Below, piece by piece: positions 38,124 through 48,763 of a stretch of DNA of 64,000 nt. Source of the DNA: a virus (lineage: Duplodnaviria; Caudoviricetes); the IMG/VR virus record IMGVR_UViG_3300035208_005087, positions 1-64,000 of that record; one strand, 5' to 3'. Made by a program: the position numbers and the translations under genes. Under the pieces are notes generated by a model, which saw only the letters and a program-made list of their open reading frames with translations, had not been told where the DNA came from and did not search any database. Positions within the stretch are counted from its first letter, which is position 1. Every line of letters begins with the position of its first letter.

Positions 38124-38645
38124 CTATCTCCCCGTCTCTGTTGTCTCATTGTCTTTGCGTACTGCGGTTCTTTCCTCTTTTAACTTCCGTAGCTGTTCCA
38201 ACATTTGATTCGCTTTCAACCTGGAACACAGTATCTTGTAGTTTATTCTTCTAAGAAAAGAATCCTCATTTTTAAGCTGCTTTAGTAACTCACCATACCC
38301 TATGTTAACATCTTGATCCCCCACTGCCACCAAGGACTGCTTACCCGTCTTAGTGTTTTCCGTGTAGTCCAAAGTACCCAGCTTTGCCGGCGCCGCTAAT
38401 CTGTTTGCAGCCGAAAATCCTGGCAGGGTACGAAAGGCATCTGACTTTGGCCCCAAGAAACCGAGCTTAGTCAAATATCTGTCCTCCACCTTTTTTAGTT
38501 TGGCTATTAGATCTAGTTGTGTCTGTATATCTCCCTCTAGCGTTTCCACCGCCCGCATTCTTTCACTATAAGACGTACGGGCCATACGTAGGAGCCACTC
38601 ATACCTTTGAGCCTGATAGGTGTCTGTTAGCTTACCATAGAGCAT
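38124..38645 (-). CDS. Hypothetical protein
   Basis: 173-aa ORF with 1-nt overlap to the upstream stop. Confidence 0.7.
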   Translation of the reverse strand: MLYGKLTDTYQAQRYEWLLRMARTSYSERMRAVETLEGDIQTQLDLIAKLKKVEDRYLTKLGFLGPKSDAFRTLPGFSAANRLAAPAKLGTLDYTENTKTGKQSLVAVGDQDVNIGYGELLKQLKNEDSFLRRINYKILCSRLKANQMLEQLRKLKEERTAVRKDNETTETGR

Positions 38646-40489
38646 TAGGATCCTCCGGAAACGAGACTTGTTAAGAACTCCAAAGTTTTTTGGGCGTACT
38701 TTGTGGAAGTTTCTAATGTATCCCCTATAAGACCATTATCTAACTCTTTTCTCCGGGCCACATCATAAGCTTTTTTCGCCCGCTCAAATTGTCCTGCCCT
38801 TTTTATTTTGGAAACCTCGTCTTTAGAGGCACCCCCTAATCTGTCTAAGGATTCCAAAGTGATTGCTCCTGTAAGTAGTACCGCTCCGGCACACACCGAG
38901 CACAGGTTTCCTTGAAAAGGGTTAGGGGCCTCCTCATCGAATGCCCCACTTGCTGCAGCTCCCCCACCCAAGGAAACCGCACTAGGCAATCTTGCTGCAT
39001 TAAATCTTCTCCTAAACCCCTCTACTCCTCCCCTTTCCACGGGTATCGTTAGCACCATGGCTGAACCACTCAACTGCAAAGCTCTTAACGAGTCTAAAAT
39101 AGCTTTTAGTTTCTCAAGAAATTCCGCTATCTTTTTTACCCACCTTTCTAGAGCATCCAGAAAGGTGCTGTAGTGTTGTGAGTTTGAGACGGCCACGGCC
39201 TCAAAGCGTAAAGATATATCACTCAGCCCATTCAGTATAGCGTCTAGGCTTTCCCCTATTAACCCCCTTAATGAGATGTTACTCCAATAGGGCGGGTCTC
39301 CCGTGGCCACACCTTGTAATAACCCATCGGGAGTTTCGTAGCTACTTTCAGCATAACTCTCGGGTACACAAGAAGTCGCCCGAGCTGATGTAAAACCCCC
39401 TATAGTCTCATCCTCTACATACTCCCCGTTTTTATCCTTCAGCAGAGGCGCTACCTTATAAAAGTACATTTCCCCGTTGATTACCTCAAAGTCAGTATAG
39501 GACATGTTCTCCTTAGACCCTTTTATTAATATGGGGTTACCATTGTTGAACGCAAAGTCTCTATACACCCTTAAAGGCTTATTTGCATTTACCCAACTAT
39601 CCGCAGATACTTTTTTGTCCTCTTCAGGGTATTCCCCCTCTAAAGTCTTACTCCGGTATACGCGGTACCCCTCTATGGGGATCCCCTTAGGAGACGACCA
39701 AGTTATTTTTATAGCAGGTTCTTTTACCCCAAAAATAGAGGAAGTTAGAAAACCCCCTACAGACCCCCCAAAACTGGGCATTTCCGATTTATAAAATAAA
39801 CCTGGCGTTGCTGTCAAATTCGCTACAGGGGACAACTTTTGAGATTCATTTTTAAAAAATTTAGCTAAGACCTGCAAGTCTTTTAATAAGTCCCCAATGT
39901 TGCTGGCCCCTACTAAAGCTATTACAACGCCCCCTATGTAGTCCCCCTCATAAAAAACAGGACGATTAGGGTCCGATTTATTTGTTAAGGCGTGATCGAC
40001 TTTGGCCTTAAACTCCGGAAAACCCCCTGATGGAGAATCTGGTGAAAATGGAGAAATACTCGGGGTCACCAAAAGGCCGTACACACCTGTCGAGGATAAG
40101 CTCACGGCGATTTCCTCGAGTGACTTTAAAATAGCTTTTATCGCTACATTCAGGGCTGTGAATAAACTGTTTACATCTGACTGGAAAGCGTTAATGATTG
40201 TTCCTATGGTTTTTACTATCTCTAGGGACAGTTCCACAGTACTTATGATATTGGACAACCCTGTTAAAGTCTTTCCTACTATAGACCCTGCTGCAGAGTC
40301 CGGGTCTAGGGGCATCCCTAACGATACTCCTCCTGAATACCCCCTCCACCTGTCCTCTGTGCCAGCACCTTGCCCCCCAGAGGGTGTTGGAACACTGCGG
40401 GCTTCGGCCCTTTCTTTTCCTTCCAATGAGCCTATGGGCACCACGACGGCTGATGGGGCATTCTTATCGTATTCAAAGTTACCCTGCAT
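38645..40489 (-). CDS. Virion-associated protein with FN3-like domain (start revised from 40555)
   Basis: ITWSSP...GYRVYRS...YTD...YFYKVAP FN3 pattern; SD-like GAAGGGGGG before ATG 40489. Confidence 0.65.
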   Translation of the reverse strand: MQGNFEYDKNAPSAVVVPIGSLEGKERAEARSVPTPSGGQGAGTEDRWRGYSGGVSLGMPLDPDSAAGSIVGKTLTGLSNIISTVELSLEIVKTIGTIINAFQSDVNSLFTALNVAIKAILKSLEEIAVSLSSTGVYGLLVTPSISPFSPDSPSGGFPEFKAKVDHALTNKSDPNRPVFYEGDYIGGVVIALVGASNIGDLLKDLQVLAKFFKNESQKLSPVANLTATPGLFYKSEMPSFGGSVGGFLTSSIFGVKEPAIKITWSSPKGIPIEGYRVYRSKTLEGEYPEEDKKVSADSWVNANKPLRVYRDFAFNNGNPILIKGSKENMSYTDFEVINGEMYFYKVAPLLKDKNGEYVEDETIGGFTSARATSCVPESYAESSYETPDGLLQGVATGDPPYWSNISLRGLIGESLDAILNGLSDISLRFEAVAVSNSQHYSTFLDALERWVKKIAEFLEKLKAILDSLRALQLSGSAMVLTIPVERGGVEGFRRRFNAARLPSAVSLGGGAAASGAFDEEAPNPFQGNLCSVCAGAVLLTGAITLESLDRLGGASKDEVSKIKRAGQFERAKKAYDVARRKELDNGLIGDTLETSTKYAQKTLEFLTSLVSGGS

Positions 40490-40793
40490 GTGCCCCCCTT
40501 CGTAGGTGCCGTATGTTCTCTTTTTTTTCTTCACTGATCTTCGAGACCAATGCAATAAGATGCTGAATAAGGTTTATTACAGGTGATGGTGGTGCTTCTG
40601 TGGCCCGGAACCACCGAGCCCCACATTCGCCTTCCACGCCTTCAGCACCCGTTTCGCCTCGGACACCTGTTGCTCCCACAGCCCCTACATCCCCTTGCAC
40701 GCCTTGAGCACCTGGAGTAACACCTTGGATCCCTTTCACGCCTTGAGCACCTAGAGCTACACCTTGAATTCCTTTTAAATTGTTACTCATCAC
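40479..40793 (-). CDS. Short collagen-like (G-X-Y) protein, possibly truncated
   Basis: GAQGVQGDVGAVGATGVRGETGAEGVEGECG; 13-codon internal duplication. Confidence 0.6.
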   Translation of the reverse strand: MMSNNLKGIQGVALGAQGVKGIQGVTPGAQGVQGDVGAVGATGVRGETGAEGVEGECGARWFRATEAPPSPVINLIQHLIALVSKISEEKKENIRHLRRGAHAG

Positions 40794-43700
40794 CGGTCGC
40801 CTCCCTAATCATCTTTTTTAATGGCACAATAGAAGACAGTACTCCTAAAGTCTTGTGCAAAAGGCGGTTCATCCACACCTTTCTATTGTAAGACAACCTT
40901 TCTCCACCCTCCCCAAACTGAGTCCTAAGCTGTCCTTCCCTTGTCACTAACCAACCTTTTTCCGCACCCAATACATTGGCCCTGCTCTGTTGTCTATCCC
41001 TCTCTTGCATTAACTCATAATCAGAAATCACATAGTATACCATATCCCCCTTTACACCAAAAGGTACAATATAGGGGGACCCAACTGTCAAGTTTTTATT
41101 AACAGTTAACAAAGCCCCGTAGGGGGTATCCAGTGGGAAGGTAGTACTAAACTGCACAGCACTATTAAAGCTGTTTAGCGCTGCTATAAGGTTCCCTAGT
41201 GTGCTGTACAGCCCGTATGAGTACGTTTGAGATGTAGACGGCCCCGTTATAGTCATACTGAAGATATTTGAGGAAAGACTATACCCAGGGGCTGTCACAA
41301 CCACTGTAAGTGCATCCTCCATACGAAAACCCTCCGTAGTAGACGAGGAGTACCCTTCTCCTACCAAGGTGTTATCCCACACACCATAAGGGTGCGGTAC
41401 ATAAGACCCTATGATGTTGCCGTTGTTTAAATACCCAGGGAAAACCACTAGGTTACTCCCGCCCGCTCCTAACGGTACCGAGGGGTCCTTTGTTTTATCC
41501 CCAAAGAGTACCCTAGGGTCGTATCCCTCTGTCTTTTGATTTAGCGCATCGAATAGAACCACCGCCTGCCCCGTTGCATCGTAAGCCTGACTTATCACGT
41601 CCTGTACATCGTCCCTAGCGAGAACCCCTTCTTCAAAAGCACAGATGTATTTCCCCTCGTCCGCCTCCAGATCCTCTAGTGTATCTTCGTCTCCCTCGGT
41701 AACTGTTTCTGTCCCCTCTAGCCTGGTAGTATATTCATCCTCGGCTAATACAGCCTGGGCGTGAGTAATACCTATAGCCGATGAAGCGTCCGTTTCCTCT
41801 GAAAGTTCTTCAGCACCCTCCTTCGCCTCTCCCAGTTTAATGTATAACCTGTTCGCAAGAGCTTGCGCTTCTTCTACCTTCGTCGTAAGAACGTCCTTGT
41901 TCGCTTGAGTACCCCTTTGTATTTTATTCGATATGGCTAATAGACCTTCGATGGTGTCCTTAACACTCAATCTTTTAGACCGCTCCATGTCATACAAAGA
42001 GATGCATGAGTAACTGTTCTGAGAACCTTTGTATATAACACCTTTGACAAAGCCTAGGTCTAGGGCCTCCCAGCTTGGTACCCGCACCCACGCTAAGGGA
42101 TTCCGGGACCTCAATACAAGTGTCCTTCTATACCCTGGTGTAGTCCCTGTGTCTGGAACCTCTAGGGGCCATAGCACCGACACCGCCTTATTTACTTCTG
42201 AAGCTAAACCATCCCACTTATACACCTCTTCTACGGTTACGATAAAGTGCGGGGCCATCTCCTCATTCAATTTACTGGCTATTTCCTCTAACGACCAATA
42301 TCTACTTAACAGGGGCGGTACTATACCCATTACCTCGTTTTCAAAAGAGACCTCGTGTACTTCCCATGTGCCTCCGTCATCTGTAGATTGTTGGATATAA
42401 AATTTTGTAGCAGGGTCTGTGCTCTGTATGAGCACTCTCTGGCCCAAAGAGCTTATGAGCATAGCTCCTATATTTCCTTTGTCGTCTGCAAAGCCTATAT
42501 TCCAGGGGTCTTGTCGGATCACTTCGTACGGGATACCCTCAAAGATGTCTAAGTCGGGAGGCGGGGTACTTCCCGCCCCTGGTATCTCTGTGCTAACCCT
42601 AACCGTTGTTGAAGATAATATTTCCTCTATTTCAAATAGCTCTGTCACGCCCTGTATTTTTATCTTATCCCCTACAGAAACACCCTTAGTGTCCTTATCA
42701 AAATTAGCATACAGGCTGTACACCCTGCCGGACCCACCCTCATTGTACACAGCACAGGTATCAAAAGGCGTGTAACTCTCCGCAAACCGCCCATCCCCTA
42801 ACGGGGCGTCCTTAGCATAGTTCAATGGAAAAAATTTAGACACCCCAAAAGTGCTTTGATGATTTACATCGTACCATGTATATATATCACCCCCTCGGGT
42901 GTTGCCAATAACAAAACCCTTCAGTGCTTCAAACTCTTTGGAAAAGGATTGCATCCTCGTTCTATAATACTCAGCGATTTTCCACAGTAAAGTGGCAGTA
43001 AGATATAAGTCTCGTACCAAAGAAAAATTATCCTCCTGCACCCCTTTCAATAAACCAGTACTACTGTCTGCGGACATCCCGGCACTCCCCTGTGTCTGGG
43101 GTCCCCTTAGTGCTTCTTTTTTCTTTTCCAGATAAGGAAGCACCCATGCGCCTAAGTAGTCCCACTCTTCTTTTGTCTCTATGATGAACTGGTCTCGTGC
43201 TAGGTAATCGGTCGTGACTCTGAGCTGTGTGCCTTGTGATATGCCTACAAACCGTTTTCCTTTTACCTCTATAGCACCGGTTACCTGGCGGGGGCACGCA
43301 TAGGACAAGAAGTAGCGGGCACCTTCTTCATGCCCTTCGTTGAGCACTATTACGCCACCCTCAGCTAAGACATAATCGGTTTCGTTCTTCAAAAATTCTC
43401 GGGTACTGTCCTGCTGCCTTATTATGGTAGGTAGGACCCTCAGGGTATAGGGCAACTGTTTAGGGTTAAAACCTTGTTCTATAGGAAAGATACTCTCCGC
43501 TGAGATGTCTCCTATATCAGCCCCTTGGAGATATTCAAAGACCACCCCTGGTACCCCTGTCTCTATATCCTCTAGGACTTCTTCTAAACTTCTACCTACT
43601 AGGGTGTAAGGGCCATATGTTACATCCGCAACACCCTCCTCCCTTTTGGTTAAGATTAATCCCTCCTGATTTTGGGATATGGAGAATCGGGTCGGAGGTG

Positions 43701-46107
43701 AATTCTCTTCCAGGGTGTACCCTATAATAACCGCTGGTACCGGTGTGTTTAGCAAGGGAAAAGCCGGTATCAGAATGTTGTCACCCTCTTCATAAAGGGG
43801 CTTTTCTGATATGAGGACACCCACCCCTTGCTTCACTTCTTTGGCCAAAGGGGGTGTTACCCCCAATAAGGTGTTTCCCCCTACAGAGGTTTTTGAGGTA
43901 ACATAATATACCCCGGCGTTTTCTACATCTACTAGGCACCCTGGGCGGCAAGGTGCTTCCCCTACTAAGGTGATTTCACTAGCTCCCCCAGGGGAACCTT
44001 CTGCATTATACACCGAGGTTAAAAAGACTAAGGGTTCGTCGGATACCATATATGCCAAGGTGCCTACGGTATTCCCTACTTCTTGATAAAAGGTAACCCT
44101 AGTGTTTAAACCATCCATATCTTCTTTTTGGGCAACTCTTACATACTCTTTTATAGCAGGGTTCGTCCTGCTATAAAACTTTATGATGCTCCCCGTCTCT
44201 ACTGGCACATCCGCTGGGGAGGCACTCTCCCATACCTTACTAGAGACCCCCGCTGTAAGCGTGTTTGAGTAGCGAACTAAAGGGGCGAATGGGAGGGATC
44301 CTGTCTCTATAGAAAAGGAAACAAAAGCATGCCCCCATTGGGCTAACCTTGGTAGACCTTCTTCTATAAAAAGTATTTGTGCATCCTTGTGTTGTTTAAC
44401 TTTATCTCGGTAATTAAAGGTGCTCCCTCCGGGTAAAACTACCCCCAATATATCAGCATCCTCCCGAATTGGGAAAGTAATGGTGTTTTTATCAATAGCA
44501 GCTAAAGGTAGCCCCACTACGCGGATGGCAAAAGAGCTCTGAGAGAACGCCTTGACGTATGCCTCTACAGCTAATGCAGGAGAATACGTTACCTGTATTT
44601 TATCTATTTGGGATACGAGTTCCTCCTTAAGAGATATCACCCCGTTTGTGTGCATCACCTGATAATCCCTACCCTCTTGTAGTATTTCCCTTTTGGACCC
44701 TTTCCCCTTATGGACTTCCACGAATACTGTTCCGGGTATGATGGGAAAGGCCTTCGTCCGTAGGGTAGGCGCCCTTTCCACCAACACGGATTCTTCCAAG
44801 GATGCCCCTTGTACTAAATAGGATATCCTAAGGGTTTCATTTTCTTGTATACCATTGATCAGGTAGAGGGCACCATTTTCTGTATTTACCGAAAAGTCCT
44901 CCCCCTCTCTTAGGTCTTTTTCCCCTTCAAAATCTTCTGCGATAGCGTCTTCCCACGATACTACCGCTTTCTTTACAGATAACCCCGAGTAAAACAACCC
45001 CTTGTCAGTTAGCACCGCCCCTACCAAAGGTTCTGCACTTTTTCTATCAAACACAGCGACACTCCCAGATAACCCGTCCCCGAAAAAGTCAACATTTGGG
45101 ACCAACTCGGTACTCCCTTCCGTTACTGTCAGAGATTCTGCCCATACATTGGTTATAGCACCATCACTATCCGTAGGGGCTATGATCCCCTTAAAGTCTT
45201 GAACACTCTCCTCATACTCGTAGTCCTCTAACAGATGTATGTTAGCTACAGAGGCCTCCTCAGGTAAAGGCAAGTACCCATCAAAGATAGGGTTAGGAGT
45301 GTACGATAACAGATAGTCCTCCCCAAAGACCAATTCTCCCCCTTGCAACCCTATGGTTAATTTAGAGAGATCCTGAGGTCTTGTTAAATTTGAGGGATAA
45401 GGTACCGGGGTAAAAGTCTCTATGAGCTTGTCGGCACTAGCCGGCGGAAGAAGTTTAGAAACAATCCCTACTATGTTAATATCTGCCTGACCCTCTTCGT
45501 TGCTCCCTGGTATATTGTAATAAGAAACACCGTTCCGGAAGGAGACTAAGGACTCATCCCCCTTTGTGTCGTGCGGGCCGCTCCGTGTCGCTCCCGATTC
45601 TAGCACATACGCCCCTGTTTTGTCGTCAAAAGAAAAAGAGGTTACAGCTTCTGTGTTCCTATAACTATACAGTTTCGCCCTGCCAAACTTCAACTTAAAA
45701 GACTGGGCTTCTCCCGTTGTGGTCTCCCCTTCAAATGCGCTTTTTAAAAGCAACTCTGTATTTGATACCTTTACCTGTATAACATAAACGATCCCCCCCG
45801 TAGCGGGTCTTATAAAATCCCCAGCCTCTATCCCAGAGAACCCGTTGGCAACAGTGGTGGACACTGTCTGGGTCCCTTCAGTAAAGGTAACAGTAGCTAC
45901 CACACTAGATGTATCTAAAGTTATCTCCGATTGTATGAGGTATGTTCCTGGAGTTTCTGTATCTGACCCCTCCGGGGTATTAGTAAACAGAAGACCTGAT
46001 TGTGGATTGTTTAGTCGATTACGAAGAGCGTTCCTAACGACCCTGTTCTCCAGTTTATTCAATCCATTTATTTTCCTTAAATCATCCACGGTCATTCTCC
46101 TTGACAA
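40783..46107 (-). CDS. Very large virion structural protein (baseplate/tail), 1774 aa
   Basis: Repeated LxEGxDY/F..G.i.L beta modules; lies in the baseplate cluster. Confidence 0.7.
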   Translation of the reverse strand: MSRRMTVDDLRKINGLNKLENRVVRNALRNRLNNPQSGLLFTNTPEGSDTETPGTYLIQSEITLDTSSVVATVTFTEGTQTVSTTVANGFSGIEAGDFIRPATGGIVYVIQVKVSNTELLLKSAFEGETTTGEAQSFKLKFGRAKLYSYRNTEAVTSFSFDDKTGAYVLESGATRSGPHDTKGDESLVSFRNGVSYYNIPGSNEEGQADINIVGIVSKLLPPASADKLIETFTPVPYPSNLTRPQDLSKLTIGLQGGELVFGEDYLLSYTPNPIFDGYLPLPEEASVANIHLLEDYEYEESVQDFKGIIAPTDSDGAITNVWAESLTVTEGSTELVPNVDFFGDGLSGSVAVFDRKSAEPLVGAVLTDKGLFYSGLSVKKAVVSWEDAIAEDFEGEKDLREGEDFSVNTENGALYLINGIQENETLRISYLVQGASLEESVLVERAPTLRTKAFPIIPGTVFVEVHKGKGSKREILQEGRDYQVMHTNGVISLKEELVSQIDKIQVTYSPALAVEAYVKAFSQSSFAIRVVGLPLAAIDKNTITFPIREDADILGVVLPGGSTFNYRDKVKQHKDAQILFIEEGLPRLAQWGHAFVSFSIETGSLPFAPLVRYSNTLTAGVSSKVWESASPADVPVETGSIIKFYSRTNPAIKEYVRVAQKEDMDGLNTRVTFYQEVGNTVGTLAYMVSDEPLVFLTSVYNAEGSPGGASEITLVGEAPCRPGCLVDVENAGVYYVTSKTSVGGNTLLGVTPPLAKEVKQGVGVLISEKPLYEEGDNILIPAFPLLNTPVPAVIIGYTLEENSPPTRFSISQNQEGLILTKREEGVADVTYGPYTLVGRSLEEVLEDIETGVPGVVFEYLQGADIGDISAESIFPIEQGFNPKQLPYTLRVLPTIIRQQDSTREFLKNETDYVLAEGGVIVLNEGHEEGARYFLSYACPRQVTGAIEVKGKRFVGISQGTQLRVTTDYLARDQFIIETKEEWDYLGAWVLPYLEKKKEALRGPQTQGSAGMSADSSTGLLKGVQEDNFSLVRDLYLTATLLWKIAEYYRTRMQSFSKEFEALKGFVIGNTRGGDIYTWYDVNHQSTFGVSKFFPLNYAKDAPLGDGRFAESYTPFDTCAVYNEGGSGRVYSLYANFDKDTKGVSVGDKIKIQGVTELFEIEEILSSTTVRVSTEIPGAGSTPPPDLDIFEGIPYEVIRQDPWNIGFADDKGNIGAMLISSLGQRVLIQSTDPATKFYIQQSTDDGGTWEVHEVSFENEVMGIVPPLLSRYWSLEEIASKLNEEMAPHFIVTVEEVYKWDGLASEVNKAVSVLWPLEVPDTGTTPGYRRTLVLRSRNPLAWVRVPSWEALDLGFVKGVIYKGSQNSYSCISLYDMERSKRLSVKDTIEGLLAISNKIQRGTQANKDVLTTKVEEAQALANRLYIKLGEAKEGAEELSEETDASSAIGITHAQAVLAEDEYTTRLEGTETVTEGDEDTLEDLEADEGKYICAFEEGVLARDDVQDVISQAYDATGQAVVLFDALNQKTEGYDPRVLFGDKTKDPSVPLGAGGSNLVVFPGYLNNGNIIGSYVPHPYGVWDNTLVGEGYSSSTTEGFRMEDALTVVVTAPGYSLSSNIFSMTITGPSTSQTYSYGLYSTLGNLIAALNSFNSAVQFSTTFPLDTPYGALLTVNKNLTVGSPYIVPFGVKGDMVYYVISDYELMQERDRQQSRANVLGAEKGWLVTREGQLRTQFGEGGERLSYNRKVWMNRLLHKTLGVLSSIVPLKKMIREATGDE

Positions 46108-46112
46108 AGCTA

Positions 46113-46709
46113 CTACATAAAACTAGCTAAAAAACCTGTGGCTGCGGGAGCAACACTAGGTGTTCCAATTATAGTAAAACCCGGTACTACTAAAGATAAA
46201 TTTAGGGTATTACACACACCCTCCGCTATGGCCAGAGACCATCTATCCCTATCCTGCCCTAATGCTCCATATGTTGCCATGGTAGATGTTAACTGAGCAT
46301 AAAATGTTGCTGCATTAAATAATGTAGCTTTCCCTGAGCCAGCACCTACTCCTACCCCAGGGGATATCCCCGTCAATACTAGAAGGGGCAAACTACTAAC
46401 AATCCCGGTACTTATCGCCACACACTTCCTGGCCACCCCTGTACCTACTAGCCCTTTACTGGCTGCAGCCAGTGTTATGGCATTAGACATCGCCTGAGGT
46501 ACCACTCCTGTCGGGGGTGTTGACACCCCTATAGCACCTGCACCCGCCGTACCAGTGGCCATTACCTGGACAGTACCTGGTAACAAGAATTGGGTGCTGC
46601 AAGTCATAGCTATGGCGCCTGCCACCTTAGTGAGGTCAGCCCCTACTAACCCCAAAGAGGCCCCTGTGGCCACGATAGTGTTGCTCACGACTGCTGCAGG
46701 AAAAGGCAT
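46113..46709 (-). CDS. Gly/Ala-rich protein next to the spike gene
   Basis: 198 aa with internal repeats; directly follows the gp5-like gene. Confidence 0.55.
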   Translation of the reverse strand: MPFPAAVVSNTIVATGASLGLVGADLTKVAGAIAMTCSTQFLLPGTVQVMATGTAGAGAIGVSTPPTGVVPQAMSNAITLAAASKGLVGTGVARKCVAISTGIVSSLPLLVLTGISPGVGVGAGSGKATLFNAATFYAQLTSTMATYGALGQDRDRWSLAIAEGVCNTLNLSLVVPGFTIIGTPSVAPAATGFLASFM

Positions 46710-46710
46710 T

Positions 46711-48753
46711 CTATAACCCCGCCTTCACTTTAAAAGAGGGTATTAAAGGTGCCCCTGTCATATAATCTTTATGTGATAAAAAAGTGATCACCCCTGACCT
46801 TGTCGCTACATCTCCTAAACCCACTAAAGGTGCATTTATATCTGCCGACACTAGAGCTTTAATAGAAACTTGGGTGCCTCCCAATGTCACTGTGCCCGCC
46901 TTGGTCTGCATGGCTATATTACCCGCCCCCACAGATACTCCATAGTTACCTGCCGAGATATTGACATCATAGCTACCGGCTGTAACCTTATCCTCTATCT
47001 TCCCCGCGACTACCGACCTTTCTATATTACCGGCCAGTACCACAGTAGTGTGGTTACCCTTTAAAATCTCAGTAGAATCATCTCCTAGTAGTATCTTCTT
47101 CTCGTCACTGCCTTTTACAATTTTCTCTGTTCTTTTTGCAGTCTGGATTTTTATCTCATTTAGGGCGTTCACGGCGAATGACCCAGCGGTATTTATAGAC
47201 TTATCGCCTATGATAGCCTCTTCTGAGGATCCTCCTACACTCACTTTTCGGGACGCTCCTATCTGTTCTACGAGATTCCCCCCTATGTCCTTTTCCACAT
47301 TACTCGAGACTTCTTCTCGTGTGTGGCCCGCCACCCTGTCTATCTTTTTGTATTTACTTCGGGCACTAAAATTTAAAGGAGACCCGTCTAGAGCCACAAG
47401 AACATTCTCATCCCAGGAACTGTCAAAACCATACTCTGTGTATGAACCGTTCTGTAAACGAAGGAACATGCTTCGGGATACCGTATTTTTTGAGGGGTTC
47501 TCCAAGGAACCTCCGATGTCCCAGCGTACTGCTCCCTTACAGTAAGTGTCCCAAGATAAGCCTTTATCCAGGGACGCACCCCATTCCTCTCGTTTCCCTC
47601 CCCTAGCTACTAGAAAGTGAGAAAGCCCTGGAGTCCCGCTGCGAGAGACCCCTAGGTATGTGTGAAGGGCGCCTTCTTTATCTTGCCCAAAGAAACCTTT
47701 GTCTGGGATATGAAACGCCCACGCTACCCCCCTTCTACCTAGGGTGTCCTCATCCCCAGAAGGCGTTAACGCGTCAAACTGTAGGCTACCCGTCCCTTTT
47801 ATGTCTTTCAAAAAAGCTGGAGCTAAGAATTTACCGTAAGTCTTGATATCGTTGGGATTGTTCCCTACCATATTCGCGAGCAGAAAGATTGTGCTGGGGG
47901 TCCTTACCGATGTCTCGATACCCTCGTTTACATCATTAACTATCTTATCCAAGATATTTGAATCTTCTACCTCTAGCCTATACTCATTGTATACCCGGCC
48001 CTTGTATGCATATTTCCCGCCGATGTACACACTGGAGGTACCATCCGCATGCATCACCCTTGTGGCTTCGAGGCTGGGATCTCTTTCTCCAAAAGTCTCG
48101 AAGTCTAAGCTATTTCTTTGTATAGGTCCCGCCGATCTCCATATCCCGTTAGCAAACACATAGTTTTGCTGAGATGTACTAATGGCACTCCCATCCGGGC
48201 GTAGCCTTATTGAGTTACCCATAGAGTCAGAGAGTTCTGCCCCTTCATCCAAAAACAATTCCGACCCTTGCGCCGATGCCCACCGGCCTTCTCCCGGACG
48301 TAACCTTCTTAATTTCGCCGGCTGTATTCTATTTGTCTCTAGGATGTCATCAGAAACTTCCTTGGGGTATAAGGAAAGCAGTTCGCACCCATAGGCGAAT
48401 TCAGGTTGGGGGACAAAAAAGTACAAGGGAATAGGCCCCATCTCGGACCTTATAAGAACCACGAGAGCCCCTATCTCAGGACATATACCGGCAAACCCCG
48501 CTGGGCCCACATACCCCGTCCACATACTAATATCCGTCAATATCTGAGTAGACCCTTGTACCTTCACGTCCATGGTGCCCATCTCTGAGTTGACACGGGC
48601 CACCTCTGCCATAAAGAGTTCTTTACCCCACTCCTTCCTCGCAGCCTTAGAGGCCTTCTCTCCTTTAAAATAGTGGGCACCTTCCCCTTCCGGGAGGCTC
48701 TTATTGTTTACAATATTCTTGACATTGGTATTAACTGGTATCTGCTTTTTCAT
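46711..48753 (-). CDS. Baseplate central spike (gp5/VgrG-like)
   Basis: N-terminal OB-fold-like ..PEIGALVVL; C-terminal ~8-residue beta-helix repeats (IVKGSDEKKILLGDDSTEILKGNHTTVVLAGN). Confidence 0.75.
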   Translation of the reverse strand: MKKQIPVNTNVKNIVNNKSLPEGEGAHYFKGEKASKAARKEWGKELFMAEVARVNSEMGTMDVKVQGSTQILTDISMWTGYVGPAGFAGICPEIGALVVLIRSEMGPIPLYFFVPQPEFAYGCELLSLYPKEVSDDILETNRIQPAKLRRLRPGEGRWASAQGSELFLDEGAELSDSMGNSIRLRPDGSAISTSQQNYVFANGIWRSAGPIQRNSLDFETFGERDPSLEATRVMHADGTSSVYIGGKYAYKGRVYNEYRLEVEDSNILDKIVNDVNEGIETSVRTPSTIFLLANMVGNNPNDIKTYGKFLAPAFLKDIKGTGSLQFDALTPSGDEDTLGRRGVAWAFHIPDKGFFGQDKEGALHTYLGVSRSGTPGLSHFLVARGGKREEWGASLDKGLSWDTYCKGAVRWDIGGSLENPSKNTVSRSMFLRLQNGSYTEYGFDSSWDENVLVALDGSPLNFSARSKYKKIDRVAGHTREEVSSNVEKDIGGNLVEQIGASRKVSVGGSSEEAIIGDKSINTAGSFAVNALNEIKIQTAKRTEKIVKGSDEKKILLGDDSTEILKGNHTTVVLAGNIERSVVAGKIEDKVTAGSYDVNISAGNYGVSVGAGNIAMQTKAGTVTLGGTQVSIKALVSADINAPLVGLGDVATRSGVITFLSHKDYMTGAPLIPSFKVKAGL

Positions 48754-48763
48754 CTTATGGTAC

